In this document: positions 20,431-30,857 of the stretch, piece by piece | Layout of the letters: each line of letters begins with the position of its first letter | Position numbering within the stretch: the first letter of the stretch is position 1 | Source: Candidatus Daviesbacteria bacterium | Lineage (GTDB): Bacteria; Patescibacteriota; Microgenomatia; Daviesbacterales; UBA10151 | Direction of reading: 5' to 3' | Length of the DNA: 64,000 bases | NCBI GenBank assembly: GCA_016176465.1 | Contig: JACOXD010000010.1 | Location: forward strand, 7,497-71,496 | The notes under the pieces: model-generated | Seen by the model: only the letters and a program-made list of their open reading frames with translations | Told to the model about the DNA's origin: nothing | Database searches by the model: none | Translations under genes and position numbers: made by a program

Positions 20431-21948
20431 ATGTTAGCTAAAGTATTATCAGGGGCAAATGTAGGATTGGATGCCCTTTTGGTTACTGTTGAGGTAGATA
20501 TTGCCTCGCAAGGTTTGCCATCTTTTACCATTGTAGGTTTGGCTGATCGTGCAATTGAGGAATCAAAAGAGCGGGTTCGCTCTGCTATTAAAAATAGTGG
20601 CGGGGAGTTTCCTGCCAAAAGGATAACAGTTAACTTAGCCCCAGCTGATTTTCCCAAAGAAGGACCAATTTTTGATTTACCTATTGCTCTTGGATTATTA
20701 ATCGCATCTGGACAAATAACTGCAAATTTAGATGATACATTAGTGTTGGGTGAGCTTTCACTTGATGGGACGCTACGTCGAGTCAATGGAGTTTTACCCC
20801 TTGCACTTCTTGCGCAAAGACTTAATCTAAAAAGAATCTTTCTTCCGAAAGATAATGCACCAGAGGCAGCAGTGGTTGAGGGGGTGGAAATTTATCCAAT
20901 GGAAAGTTTACTCCAAGTTTCCAAGTTTTTACTCAATCAGGAAGAGATAAATATCCAGCCAAAAACACAGTTTAATATTCAATCTTTCGATGAAGAATTT
21001 GATTTTGCCTATATTAAAGGGCAAGAACAAGCAAAAAGAGCCTTGGAAATTGCAGCAGCAGGAGGTCACAATATTTTACTTAAAGGCCCACCAGGTGCAG
21101 GGAAAACTTTGTTAGCCAGGTCTTTCTCTTCTATTTTACCTAAGTTAAGCTTTGATGAAGCAGTTGAAGTTACTAAAATTTATTCGGTTATGGGAAATTT
21201 ATCTGCAGATGAGCCAATTATAACTACGCGCCCATTTAGAGCTCCTCATCACAGCGCTTCTTATGTAGGTATGATAGGTGGAGGAAATACAATTAGGCCT
21301 GGGGAAGTTTCACTTGCTCATCGAGGGGTATTGTTTTTAGATGAATTTCCAGAGTTTTCCCGTCAAGTAATAGAAGCACTAAGACAACCATTGGAAGATC
21401 GGGTTATCTCAATTTCTAGAGCATCTGGATCTATGAGTTTTCCTGCTCAGTTTATTTTAATTGCAGCTTCTAACCCTTGCCCATGCGGATTTTTAGGAGA
21501 TCAAAAAAGGAACTGTATTTGTTTACCAGGACAAATCTCCCGCTATCAAAAAAAAGTTTCAGGCCCAATTTTAGATAGAATAGATATACATCTGGATGTT
21601 CCACCTGTAGATATTGATAAATTAACAGGCAAGGAGCTAGGGGAAGCTTCCAAAAAAATAAAAAAAAGGGTAGATGAGGCAAGGAAAATCCAAAGGCAAA
21701 GGTTTAGAGACTTTAGAATTTTAACTAATTCCGAAATGAATAATATTCAAATTAAAAAATTTTGCTCAATTAGCAAAGATGCGTTAGATTTATTAAAAAT
21801 GGCTATTGCCCAGATGAATTTATCTGCCAGATCCTATCATCGAGTTTTAAAGCTCGCCAGAACAATAGCAGATTTAGGCAAATCTGAATATATTAAAACA
21901 GAGCATATCGCAGAAGCCTTGCAATACCGGGCAAGAGAGGAGTCCTAA
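20431..21948 (+). CDS. comM: ComM/YifB Mg-chelatase-like AAA+ ATPase
   Basis: VNLAPAD, GELSLDG, GPPGAGKT, RAPHH, LFLDEFPEF, NPCPCG. Confidence 0.92.
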   Translation: MLAKVLSGANVGLDALLVTVEVDIASQGLPSFTIVGLADRAIEESKERVRSAIKNSGGEFPAKRITVNLAPADFPKEGPIFDLPIALGLLIASGQITANLDDTLVLGELSLDGTLRRVNGVLPLALLAQRLNLKRIFLPKDNAPEAAVVEGVEIYPMESLLQVSKFLLNQEEINIQPKTQFNIQSFDEEFDFAYIKGQEQAKRALEIAAAGGHNILLKGPPGAGKTLLARSFSSILPKLSFDEAVEVTKIYSVMGNLSADEPIITTRPFRAPHHSASYVGMIGGGNTIRPGEVSLAHRGVLFLDEFPEFSRQVIEALRQPLEDRVISISRASGSMSFPAQFILIAASNPCPCGFLGDQKRNCICLPGQISRYQKKVSGPILDRIDIHLDVPPVDIDKLTGKELGEASKKIKKRVDEARKIQRQRFRDFRILTNSEMNNIQIKKFCSISKDALDLLKMAIAQMNLSARSYHRVLKLARTIADLGKSEYIKTEHIAEALQYRAREES

Positions 21949-21980
21949 AGAAAATCCCCCAAATTGGGGGATTTTCTTTA
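21946..21980. terminator. Bidirectional terminator
   Basis: taaagaaaatccccc-aaatt-gggggattttcttta perfect inverted repeat. Confidence 0.85.
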
Positions 21981-21999
21981 GACAGGTATTTATCAAAAT

Positions 22000-22143
22000 T
22001 TAGGCGGCTCCGCCAATTCGATACATTCCTGTTCCACAAACAGAGCAAACACCTTTCATAGCTTTTTTACCATTTTTCATGGTAACTTCTTCTGTGTTGT
22101 TTGCATCTCTTTTTTGCCTGCACTTAACACAATACATTTGCAT
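22000..22143 (-). CDS. 47-aa zinc-ribbon protein (DUF5679-like), not in the ORF track
   Basis: MQMYCVKCRQKRDANNTEEVTMKNGKKAMKGVCSVCGTGMYRIGGAA*; two CxxC motifs; SD AGGAGGTG. Confidence 0.85.
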   Translation of the reverse strand: MQMYCVKCRQKRDANNTEEVTMKNGKKAMKGVCSVCGTGMYRIGGAA

Positions 22144-22174
22144 TTTAAAAGTCACCTCCTTTAAGATCTAGTTT

Positions 22175-22504
22175 TCAAAGCCATATTTGTCCAAAAAGGC
22201 TAAATCTGGCAAGACTTAAATATAATAAAGCTTGTAATCCTAAAGCTAAAAAGGATAAAATAAAAATTTTTAAAAGATCTAACTTTAGGTAGTTAAAATC
22301 CGAGTATAAGCTATCTTTGTTGGCTTTACTCGCAGAGAAGTTTTGCTTATCCGAAGGAAAGCTTTGCTTATCACGAAGGGACAAGCTTTGCTTACTTACA
22401 GGAAAGGTAAGTTTGCTTTTTATACTAGAGGTAGTTGAAGCGCTGCCATATAGCTGCTTTTTTAAATTCTGAAGCTTCTTTTCATCTAAAGTTAATTTAT
22501 ACAT
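22175..22504 (-). CDS. Hypothetical membrane protein carrying three tandem repeat units
   Basis: SD GGAGAGG; C-terminal TM; KQSLS/KQSFP/KQNFS units at 22326-22395. Confidence 0.6.
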   Translation of the reverse strand: MYKLTLDEKKLQNLKKQLYGSASTTSSIKSKLTFPVSKQSLSLRDKQSFPSDKQNFSASKANKDSLYSDFNYLKLDLLKIFILSFLALGLQALLYLSLARFSLFGQIWL

Positions 22505-22581
22505 CTTTAGCCTCTCCTACTATGGCAATGAGCCTAGCACGTTCAATTGAGCCTGTCAAGCACGAAATGCATTTTTGCACC

Positions 22582-22610
22582 TTGCCCTATAGTTGAAAAT
22601 ACGATATAAT
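22582..22610 (+). promoter_or_regulatory. Sigma70 promoter of the aro attenuator
   Basis: TTGCCC-17 bp-TATAAT, 7 nt before the leader ATG. Confidence 0.7.
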
Positions 22611-22617
22611 TTTTGAA

Positions 22618-22674
22618 ATGAATGCTAAACTTTTAAGTAAAATGATTAATACCTATTGGTTTTACTTCCTCTAA
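22618..22674 (+). CDS. Aromatic-amino-acid leader peptide MNAKLLSKMINTYWFYFL
   Basis: Five consecutive aromatic codons; followed by a terminator and the aroA-aroK-aroC operon. Confidence 0.85.
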   Translation: MNAKLLSKMINTYWFYFL

Positions 22675-22715
22675 AAAGGGAGTATTTTCTAACGCCAATA
22701 AAAAGGCCTTGGAAG

Positions 22716-22741
22716 AAACCTCCCTAAGGGGAGGTTTTTTT
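22716..22741 (+). terminator. Attenuator terminator
   Basis: aaacctccc-taag-gggagg followed by T7. Confidence 0.85.
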
Positions 22742-22746
22742 GACCT

Positions 22747-23463
22747 ATGAGAGATGAAATTGGAGAATTAGTAAAAGCAAACGTGAGAGATTATGTAGCC
22801 CAACAGGGATCATTAGAACGTTGTGGACTATGTTGTGTTGTTATTCCTACTGGAACTTTTTCAAAAGGTGGAATGGTGTGTAAAGATCTATCTGTAAGTA
22901 CTGGCATTGCAGTATGTCAAATTTATGCTTCAAGACCAGCTGGTTGCCGACAGTTCGACTGTGGTAACTGCAAAGGACAATTTGAAAGACTTGATCATCT
23001 TGTATTAGAAGCTTTAGGTGGTCTAAAAAGTGCAGTTTACTATCACGAATATGAAGAAGGTTACTCAGAAACTGAAGCCATACCTAAAGCGATTAAGGAT
23101 ATGGCAAGGCTAGATTTATTAAGATTTTCACCAACAGTTTTAGGTTTAATAGAAGATGTCGAACTTACTAATAGAACTGCACCAGCTATTTGGGCTTTGG
23201 TAAGACCAGGCCGCCTTGGAGGAGTAGCACTACCAGATGATATTGTAATGGATTGCTTGGGGGTAGACACTTTCTTGAGAAATACTTCTGTAGCTGGAGC
23301 AAGAGAAACTTTAGTTTTTTCCAGGATGGTCGTTGCTAATGGGAACTCAAGTCCAAATGGTTTGTGGAGACCTGTTGAGAATTTAGTTGCCAGAGGATTA
23401 GGTTTAGGAAATAATGCATTCGCAAATTCCAATATTGGTGACCTATTATATGAAACAGGTTAA
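22747..23463 (+). CDS. YkgJ-like cysteine-cluster (Fe/Zn) domain protein
   Basis: CGLCC...C...CQIY..RP..CR.FDC..C N-terminal domain. Confidence 0.6.
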   Translation: MRDEIGELVKANVRDYVAQQGSLERCGLCCVVIPTGTFSKGGMVCKDLSVSTGIAVCQIYASRPAGCRQFDCGNCKGQFERLDHLVLEALGGLKSAVYYHEYEEGYSETEAIPKAIKDMARLDLLRFSPTVLGLIEDVELTNRTAPAIWALVRPGRLGGVALPDDIVMDCLGVDTFLRNTSVAGARETLVFSRMVVANGNSSPNGLWRPVENLVARGLGLGNNAFANSNIGDLLYETG

Positions 23464-24730
23464 AAGTCTAAGAATAAGAAAACTTAAAAAGATACTCTCT
23501 AAAAAAATCTCTATCCCTGGTTCAAAAAGTTATACCAATAGAGCTCTAATTTTAGCAGCTTTAACTAAAGGTAAAGTAGAAATTATTAATCCTTTATTTA
23601 GTGATGATACAGAGGCGATGATTGATTGTATAAAAAAATTAGGGATAAAAGTAGAAAAAAAGGAGGGTGATTTAGTAGTCTATGGATCTTTTAGTGATGT
23701 TAAGAATAAAATATTTAAATTAAATTGCAGACTTTCGGGAACTACTATTAGGTTTTTGCTGGCTTTTAGCTGTATTGTGCGAGGGATTGAAATTTTATTC
23801 GGAGAGAAAAGTTTAAATAAAAGGCCTATCAAAGAGTTAGTAGATGGGTTAATAAAGTTAGGAGCAAAAATTGAATATATAAATAAGGTAGGTTATCCTC
23901 CCATCAAAGTTAGCTCATCAAGCTTAAATGGAAAATCGACTCAACTTAAAGGTGATATAAGTAGCCAGTATTTCTCAGCGATTTTAATGATTGCACCAGT
24001 GGTGGGAAAAATGACTATTAATGTTTTGGGTAGGCAAATATCCAAGCCCTATATAGATATGACCATTGATACCATAAATAAGTTTGGGGGGAAAGTAAAA
24101 AATAATAAATATAGACAATATATTATTCCTAGAAAACAGAAATATAAAGCTAAAAAATACCTAGTGGAAGGAGATTATTCATCAGCAGGATATTTTTTTG
24201 CAATTGCAGCTTTAGCTAAAAGCAACCTAACTTTAACAAACTTAAATAAAGATTCCCTGCAAGCTGATAAAAAATTATTAGAGATTTTAGGAAAAATGGA
24301 CAACCAGGTAGTTTATGAAAAAAATGGCATCACCATAAAAGGAAAAGGGGTTAAACCAATTAGCACTGATATGGAGGACTGTCCTGACCAAATCCAAACT
24401 GTTGCAGTGATGAGTGCCTTTGCTGATGGGGAAACACAAATTAGAGGAGTTAGTAGCTTGCGAATTAAAGAAACAGATAGGGTAGCTGCGCTGCAAAACG
24501 AATTAGCTAAGATGAAAATTAAAACTAAAGCAAACAAAGATACATTATTAATATATGGGGGAAGTCCCAAGGCAGCATCGATTGATACCTATAATGATCA
24601 TCGCATGGCAATGTCTTTTGCCATAGCCTCCTCCAGGCTAGATGGAATGGTAATAAACAATCCTGAAGTTGTCTCAAAAACATTCCCACAATATTGGGAG
24701 AAATTAAAAGAGATAGGATTTAATTTATGA
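23450..24730 (+). CDS. aroA: EPSP synthase
   Basis: PGSKS..NRAL, SSQYFS, RIKETDR, DHRMAM. Confidence 0.96.
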   Translation: MKQVKSLRIRKLKKILSKKISIPGSKSYTNRALILAALTKGKVEIINPLFSDDTEAMIDCIKKLGIKVEKKEGDLVVYGSFSDVKNKIFKLNCRLSGTTIRFLLAFSCIVRGIEILFGEKSLNKRPIKELVDGLIKLGAKIEYINKVGYPPIKVSSSSLNGKSTQLKGDISSQYFSAILMIAPVVGKMTINVLGRQISKPYIDMTIDTINKFGGKVKNNKYRQYIIPRKQKYKAKKYLVEGDYSSAGYFFAIAALAKSNLTLTNLNKDSLQADKKLLEILGKMDNQVVYEKNGITIKGKGVKPISTDMEDCPDQIQTVAVMSAFADGETQIRGVSSLRIKETDRVAALQNELAKMKIKTKANKDTLLIYGGSPKAASIDTYNDHRMAMSFAIASSRLDGMVINNPEVVSKTFPQYWEKLKEIGFNL

Positions 24731-25230
24731 AAATTATATTAATTGGTTTTATGGGTTCTGGTAAAACAACTGTTGGTAAGGAGTTGGCTAAAAGATTAGG
24801 GGTAAAGTTAATTGATACTGATTCTTTAGTAATTAGAGCATCTGGAAGAAAAAGTATAAAGGAAATTTTTCAAAAAGATGGGGAAATTAGGTTTAGAGAG
24901 TTGGAAATCGAAGTTGCCAAAGAAGTTGCTATGCGAAAAGAAGATCTGGTTGTGGCAACAGGAGGGGGAGTCGTTTTGAACAAAATTATTTTGGATTACT
25001 TAAAAAAAGAGGGAGTAGTTGTCTACCTTGAGGCCTCTTTTAAGGAAATTGCCAAAAGATTAGAAGGTTTTAAAGATAGACCTTTATTTAAAAATTTAAA
25101 AGATGCGAGAAGGCTTTATCTGCTTCGAAAAATACTCTATCGCAGCTATAAAGATATTAAAGTTTTCACAAATAATAAAGATATAAATGAGATTGTTGAT
25201 AATATAATGAAAAAAATAAGGATTTATTAA
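24727..25230 (+). CDS. aroK: Shikimate kinase
   Basis: GFMGSGKTT, GE..FR..E, GGG, RPL. Confidence 0.95.
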   Translation: MKIILIGFMGSGKTTVGKELAKRLGVKLIDTDSLVIRASGRKSIKEIFQKDGEIRFRELEIEVAKEVAMRKEDLVVATGGGVVLNKIILDYLKKEGVVVYLEASFKEIAKRLEGFKDRPLFKNLKDARRLYLLRKILYRSYKDIKVFTNNKDINEIVDNIMKKIRIY

Positions 25231-26313
25231 ATGTCTGGAAATTCTTTTGGAACACTTTTTAAAATAACAACTTTTGGAGAATCCCATGGTAGGGCAGTTG
25301 GGGTAATTATTGATGGGTGTCCTCCAGGAATAGAAATTACTGAGGAAGAAATCCAAAAAGAATTGGATAGGCGAAAACCCGGACAAAGTAAAATTACCAC
25401 CCCAAGGAAAGAGGCAGATACTATCCAAATTACATCAGGGGTGTTTGAGGGCAAAACTACAGGAACTCCCATTATGATGATCGCTTACAATGAGGATATT
25501 GAATCTGATGATTATTTAGACTTAAAAGATTTGTACAGGCCTTCTCATGCTGATTATACATATGAAGCAAAGTATGGAATTAGAGATTGGCGAGGTAGTG
25601 GTCGAGCTTCAGCCAGAGAAACTATGGCTAGAGTTGCAGCAGGAGCCATTGCTAAAAAATATCTTAAGGAAAAATTAGGAATAGAAATTTTAAGTTATGT
25701 TGAGCAAGTTGGGGATTTAAAAACCAATATTGATTTTGAAAAGGTAACCCCCAAGCAGATTGAATCTAATATTATCCGCTGTCCTGATTCTAAAATAGCT
25801 TCAGAAATGATTAAGCTTATAGAAAAAGTTAGAGATGCTGGTGATTCGCTCGGAGGGATAATCAAAGGAGTTATCAAAGGAGCTCCGCCAGGTTTAGGGG
25901 AACCTGTTTTTGATAAGTTACATGCAAACTTAGGAAAAGCTATGCTTTCCATAAACGCTGTTAAAGGCTTTGATATAGGCTCTGGTTTTGCGGGAGTTTC
26001 TATGAGAGGATCGGAGCATAATGATCCTTTTTATATTGATGAAGGTAAAGTTAGAACTAAAACAAACTATGCTGGTGGAGTCTTGGGTGGAATCTCCTCT
26101 GGCCAAACAATTTATTTTAGAGTTGCCTTTAAGCCTGTTTCAACAATTAAAAAAAAGCAGCAAACAATAAATACCGCAAAAAAACAAGTTTTCTTGGAAG
26201 CTTCAGGAAGGCATGATCCTTGTGTTTTGCCTCGGGCTGTACCAATTGTTGATGCAATGGCAGCCCTAGTAATAATGGATTTTTATCTAGTTCATAGAGG
26301 TAAAAGTGAGTAA
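25231..26313 (+). CDS. aroC: Chorismate synthase
   Basis: GESHG, RPSHAD, RASARET, GRHDPC. Confidence 0.97.
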   Translation: MSGNSFGTLFKITTFGESHGRAVGVIIDGCPPGIEITEEEIQKELDRRKPGQSKITTPRKEADTIQITSGVFEGKTTGTPIMMIAYNEDIESDDYLDLKDLYRPSHADYTYEAKYGIRDWRGSGRASARETMARVAAGAIAKKYLKEKLGIEILSYVEQVGDLKTNIDFEKVTPKQIESNIIRCPDSKIASEMIKLIEKVRDAGDSLGGIIKGVIKGAPPGLGEPVFDKLHANLGKAMLSINAVKGFDIGSGFAGVSMRGSEHNDPFYIDEGKVRTKTNYAGGVLGGISSGQTIYFRVAFKPVSTIKKKQQTINTAKKQVFLEASGRHDPCVLPRAVPIVDAMAALVIMDFYLVHRGKSE

Positions 26314-26362
26314 TTTGTTGACAAATTCTAAAGCGTCAGGTTAATATTAAAAAGAGTAATAT

Positions 26363-26824
26363 ATGTATCCGGCTTGGGTATGGGATACCTTCCTTCTTTT
26401 AGGGTTAGTTTGGCTTTGTATTTTAACTTATTTTTTTTGGAAGGAAAGAAAAATATATAAAAAATTTTTTCCAAATGAGCAGGATAAAGATTTTACTGAT
26501 AAATTAAAAGAGATCTTAGCTAATTTAAAAGAGGGGGAAATTAAAGATAGGCTGATTATTAAAAATCAAAGGCAGATATCCTTTGAAGGCTTAAGTCATC
26601 TTCAAAATATAGCTGTTTTAAGATATAACCCTTACGAGGATACAGGTGGGAGTATGAGTTTCTCGCTTGCTTTGCTGGATGGTCACAGTAACGGAGTAGT
26701 ATTAACGAGTTTACATACCAGAGCAGGAACCAGAGTTTATACTAAAGAAATTAAAAAAGGCGAAAGTGAAATTGCACTCTCAAAAGAAGAAGAGCAGGTT
26801 ATAGAAAAAGCAATTAACAAATGA
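26363..26824 (+). CDS. DUF4446-like protein
   Basis: RYNPYED.GG..SFSLALLD, LS.EE. Confidence 0.8.
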   Translation: MYPAWVWDTFLLLGLVWLCILTYFFWKERKIYKKFFPNEQDKDFTDKLKEILANLKEGEIKDRLIIKNQRQISFEGLSHLQNIAVLRYNPYEDTGGSMSFSLALLDGHSNGVVLTSLHTRAGTRVYTKEIKKGESEIALSKEEEQVIEKAINK

Positions 26825-28002
26825 GTCCAATAACTTCAGTATTTAATAATTTAACTAAAATTCAAAAATATTTGGTCATTGCCATCTTGGTTGTTTTAAT
26901 GTATATAGCGACATCAACAATTTCTTATTCCTTACTTATAAAATCTTTTGTAGGTAAACAGTCTGAAGATTTAGCCTCATCTATCCCTACTCCCAGTAGT
27001 ATTGTTGAAGAAGATCCTAAAGAACCAAAGACTGAGGAGTGTCCATTAAACGGTAGAATGCATACTAAAAAAGCTAAAGCAGCCTGGGATTTAAGACGCC
27101 CACTGGCTATAATGGTTGAGAACCACAGCGAAGCAAGACCACAATCAGGTTTGACATCAGCAGATGTAATCTATGAGGCTGTGGCCGAAGGAGGAATTAC
27201 TAGGTTTATGGCTGTTTTTCTTTGTAATTTGTCTGAGGTTCAAGTTGGACCTGTTAGATCAGCAAGGACTTACTATTTAGATTGGTTATCCGAATATGAT
27301 GCCCTTTATGCTCATGTAGGAGGAGCCAATACTCCAGGTCCTGCTAATGCCTTGGGACAAATTATCCAATTTGATCTTAAATCCCTAAACCAGTTTGGAA
27401 TTGGCTATCCCACTTATTGGAGAGATTACCAAAGATTAGGTAAACCTGTGGCAACGGAGCATACTATGTATTCCACAACTAAAAAGTTATGGGAAGTTGG
27501 CGCTAAAAAAGAATGGACAGCAACCGATTCATCAGGGCTTCGCTGGGACTCTGAATTTGAGAAATGGTTGTTTAAAGATGATAGTGCATCTGATGCCTCT
27601 GCTAAATTAATAACTGTGAATTTCTGGGAAGGCAAAGGAGATTACCAAGTTGAGTGGATATATGATGGCGCCTGCAATTGTTATAAACGTAAAAACGGCG
27701 GAGCTGACCATACGGATTTAAATAACAAACAACAAATTTCTCCTAAAAATGTAGTAATTCAATTTATGAGAGAATCAAGGGCAAATGACGGTTATGAGGG
27801 AAATGTCCATTTACTTTATGCCAATAAAGGGCAGGGCAAAGCATTAATTCTCCAAGATGGTAAAGTCATTGAGGGGCAATGGGTTAAGCCAAATAGGCAG
27901 TCAAGAGAAAAATTTATAGACAGTGAGGGTAGCGAAATTGAATTTAATAGAGGTCAACTTTGGATCCAAACTGTCCCGGAGGGATCCAAAGTTAGCTATT
28001 AA
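26821..28002 (+). CDS. DUF3048 (YerB-like) protein
   Basis: ARPQSGL..AD..YE...EGGITR, GPVRSAR. Confidence 0.88.
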   Translation: MSPITSVFNNLTKIQKYLVIAILVVLMYIATSTISYSLLIKSFVGKQSEDLASSIPTPSSIVEEDPKEPKTEECPLNGRMHTKKAKAAWDLRRPLAIMVENHSEARPQSGLTSADVIYEAVAEGGITRFMAVFLCNLSEVQVGPVRSARTYYLDWLSEYDALYAHVGGANTPGPANALGQIIQFDLKSLNQFGIGYPTYWRDYQRLGKPVATEHTMYSTTKKLWEVGAKKEWTATDSSGLRWDSEFEKWLFKDDSASDASAKLITVNFWEGKGDYQVEWIYDGACNCYKRKNGGADHTDLNNKQQISPKNVVIQFMRESRANDGYEGNVHLLYANKGQGKALILQDGKVIEGQWVKPNRQSREKFIDSEGSEIEFNRGQLWIQTVPEGSKVSY

Positions 28003-28042
28003 TTATTAGTCAAATTAATCTGTCCAGAAGGGTGGTGGGAGA

Positions 28043-28627
28043 ATGGATGAAATTATAATTTCCAAAGTCCGGGTAAAAATCCTTCAGCTTTTTTTATCTT
28101 CAAGCGAGAACTTGTTTCATGTAAGAGAAATAGTCAGGCGTGTTGATGAAGAAATCAATGCAGTAAGACGTGAATTAGCGCGGATGGAAAAATATGGACT
28201 ACTCTCTTCAGAATGGCGGGCAAATAGAAGATTGTATAGATTTAGGAAAGAATATATTTATTTTCCCGAACTTCTAGCGATGGTTGTAAAATCCGCTGGG
28301 ATAGGAGGAGATATCATCAAAAATAAAGTGAAACTGGGAAAAATTAAATATGCAATGTTGGCAAAAAGATTTGTTAATAATGAACCATCCGGTGCTGAAG
28401 ATGTTGATATATTAATAGTAGGTCAAATTATTTTACCCGAACTTCAGGTAGTAGTAGCAGATGAACAGGCAAAAAGAGAGAGAGAAATAAATTACTCCTT
28501 TATGGATGAAGCGGAGTTCAATTTTAGAGTCAAAAGAAGAGACCCTTTTATTTTGAGGGTTTTAATCCAGCCTAAAATTATGTTAATTGGGGATGAAGCC
28601 GACTTTTTATCTGGTGTAATACTTTAG
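28043..28627 (+). CDS. wHTH protein with nucleotidyltransferase-like C-terminal domain
   Basis: VREI.R...EEINAVRREL HTH; DVDILIVG; REINY. Confidence 0.65.
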   Translation: MDEIIISKVRVKILQLFLSSSENLFHVREIVRRVDEEINAVRRELARMEKYGLLSSEWRANRRLYRFRKEYIYFPELLAMVVKSAGIGGDIIKNKVKLGKIKYAMLAKRFVNNEPSGAEDVDILIVGQIILPELQVVVADEQAKREREINYSFMDEAEFNFRVKRRDPFILRVLIQPKIMLIGDEADFLSGVIL

Positions 28628-28630
28628 TTT

Positions 28631-29992
28631 ATGAATCGCTCTCGCTTAAGTTTGTGGTCTATTATTTTTTTAACCCTGATTGCAATTTTTGTGAATCTGC
28701 CCTTTATTCCCTCAAATATTGAAATCAAACTTAAACAAATTAATTTACCCTTCAATAGATCTATTCCAGAAGTTGAATTTAATCCTACGAAGCTTACTAA
28801 TTTATTTCCCCTAAAATTAGGGCTAGATCTACAAGGAGGTACGCAACTAGTTTTGCAAACTAATATGGAAAAAATTACTAGAGAAGCTAAAGATGATGCT
28901 TTGGAATCTGCTAGGCAAGTAATTGAGAGAAGAGTTAATTTATTTGGAGTATCTGAAGCAATTGTCCAATCATCCAAATTAGGTAATGAGCGAAGAATAT
29001 TAGTTGATCTTCCGGGTATCAAGGACGCATCAAGCGCTGCTTCTTTAGTTGGTAAAACAGCGCAGCTAGAATTTAGGGAAGTGCCAGCATCACAATCCGC
29101 AGAGGCTACCCAATCTGCTTTTTTAGCAATTTATTCAGCAGTTCCGACAGGATTAACTGGCGCAGATTTAAGCAAGGCGCAAGTAGTTTTTGGACAAAGT
29201 GCTACCGCTTTAGCGGGCGCTGAAGTCTCAATTCAGTTTACATCTTCTGGTGCAAAAAAGTTTGCTGATTTAACCAAAAGAAATATTGGTAAACAAATCC
29301 CTATTTTTTTGGATGGAGAAGTAATTTCCTCTCCTGTCGTTCAAACAGAAATACTTGATGGAAATGCGCTAATAACCGGGGATTTTAGCACAGATGAGGC
29401 AAAAAATTTAGTAGTTCAACTAAATGCCGGTGCACTTCCAGTACCAATAAAAATTATTGAACAAAGATCAATAGGAGCCAGCTTAGGATTAGAATCAATA
29501 AATAAAAGTATAATAGCCGGCGTGGTAGGGTTTGCTATTGTCATGATTTATATGATTGCATATTATGGCTTTTGGGGATTAATTGCTGATTGCGCACTAG
29601 TAATTTATACGTTAATTGTTTTGACAATTTTCAAAACAGGTTTATTTATATTACCTCCTGTTACTTTGACACTAGCCGGTATTGCTGGGTTTATTTTATC
29701 TATTGGAATGGCAGTTGATGCCAATATATTGATTTTTGAAAGAATGAAAGAAGAAAGAAGGTGGGGAAAATCACCCTCATTGGCTCTTGAGTTGGGTTTT
29801 AAAAGAGCTTGGTCATCAATTAGAGATTCCAATATTTCCTCACTAATTACTGCATTGGTTTTATACATTTTTGGTAGCGGTTTAGTAAGAGGGTTTGCAG
29901 TTACATTGGCAATTGGTGTTGCAATCTCAATGTTCACGGCAATTATTGTTACCAGAACCATCCTTAGATTATTCTTTAATAGATTAAGTTAA
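28631..29992 (+). CDS. secD: Protein translocase subunit SecD
   Basis: LGLDLQGG, GALP, IGMAVDANILIFER. Confidence 0.96.
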   Translation: MNRSRLSLWSIIFLTLIAIFVNLPFIPSNIEIKLKQINLPFNRSIPEVEFNPTKLTNLFPLKLGLDLQGGTQLVLQTNMEKITREAKDDALESARQVIERRVNLFGVSEAIVQSSKLGNERRILVDLPGIKDASSAASLVGKTAQLEFREVPASQSAEATQSAFLAIYSAVPTGLTGADLSKAQVVFGQSATALAGAEVSIQFTSSGAKKFADLTKRNIGKQIPIFLDGEVISSPVVQTEILDGNALITGDFSTDEAKNLVVQLNAGALPVPIKIIEQRSIGASLGLESINKSIIAGVVGFAIVMIYMIAYYGFWGLIADCALVIYTLIVLTIFKTGLFILPPVTLTLAGIAGFILSIGMAVDANILIFERMKEERRWGKSPSLALELGFKRAWSSIRDSNISSLITALVLYIFGSGLVRGFAVTLAIGVAISMFTAIIVTRTILRLFFNRLS

Positions 29993-29993
29993 T

Positions 29994-30854
29994 ATGAAAT
30001 TCAAATCAAGAAATCCAAAATATGAGCACTTAAGAAAAAAGTGGACCCAGGATAATAAAAACTTAGCGGAAAACTTATTTGACAAACATTTAAGACATAT
30101 GGCAATTGGTTCACTAGGAGGACTTATGCTTTTAAACACCTCAGGTTTATCTCTAGCACCTTTTTCTCCAATGAGTAGCGACCAATTTAAAGTAACCGGC
30201 GAAGAAAATAAGAACTTAATTTTAGCTGCTAAATTAAAAGATAAAATTCCAAATGAAATAAGATCCTTAACTCCTTTAGAAGAAGATGAAATTACTCAAA
30301 TTTTAAGCCAAGATTTTGGTTTTAAAGTAGCATCAGAGTTAAATGGCAAACGATTAAATAGATATTATGGGTTAATTGGTGGAGAGCAGCATTTGTATAG
30401 ATATCCAGGAGATACAATTTATGCTCATGCTAAAACAGCTCAAGATTGGGCAATGTATGGGAGTTCTGGAATCGCCCCTGGGCTTGGAGCATGGGGATAT
30501 TTTGCACCTTCTAAAGAGGAATTCACAAGCTTAGATGAACAAAAAGAAAGATATTATTTAGCTATACAAACATTTCTAGCCTCTGGTTTTGCAGAAAGGG
30601 TGGGAGAATATAGGGATTTTTTTAAGTTTAGAAAAATGCTGGTGGTGAACCCAAATACTGGTCAAGCCGTGGTTGCTGTTATTGGAGATGCTGGTCCAGC
30701 AGAGTGGACAGGTAAACACTTAGGAGGTTCCCCAGAGGTGATGCATGAAGTTGGACTAGCAGGAGGACCAAGAAAAGGAGCGGTACTTTATTTTTTTATT
30801 GATGATCCGACAGATAGTATCCCTTTGGGACCTGTTAAAGTTAAGGAAACTTAA
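29994..30854 (+). CDS. Hypothetical protein, possible C-terminal double-psi beta-barrel
   Basis: V.NP.TG..VVAVIGDAGP motif; lies between secD and secF. Confidence 0.45.
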   Translation: MKFKSRNPKYEHLRKKWTQDNKNLAENLFDKHLRHMAIGSLGGLMLLNTSGLSLAPFSPMSSDQFKVTGEENKNLILAAKLKDKIPNEIRSLTPLEEDEITQILSQDFGFKVASELNGKRLNRYYGLIGGEQHLYRYPGDTIYAHAKTAQDWAMYGSSGIAPGLGAWGYFAPSKEEFTSLDEQKERYYLAIQTFLASGFAERVGEYRDFFKFRKMLVVNPNTGQAVVAVIGDAGPAEWTGKHLGGSPEVMHEVGLAGGPRKGAVLYFFIDDPTDSIPLGPVKVKET

Positions 30855-30857
30855 GAT

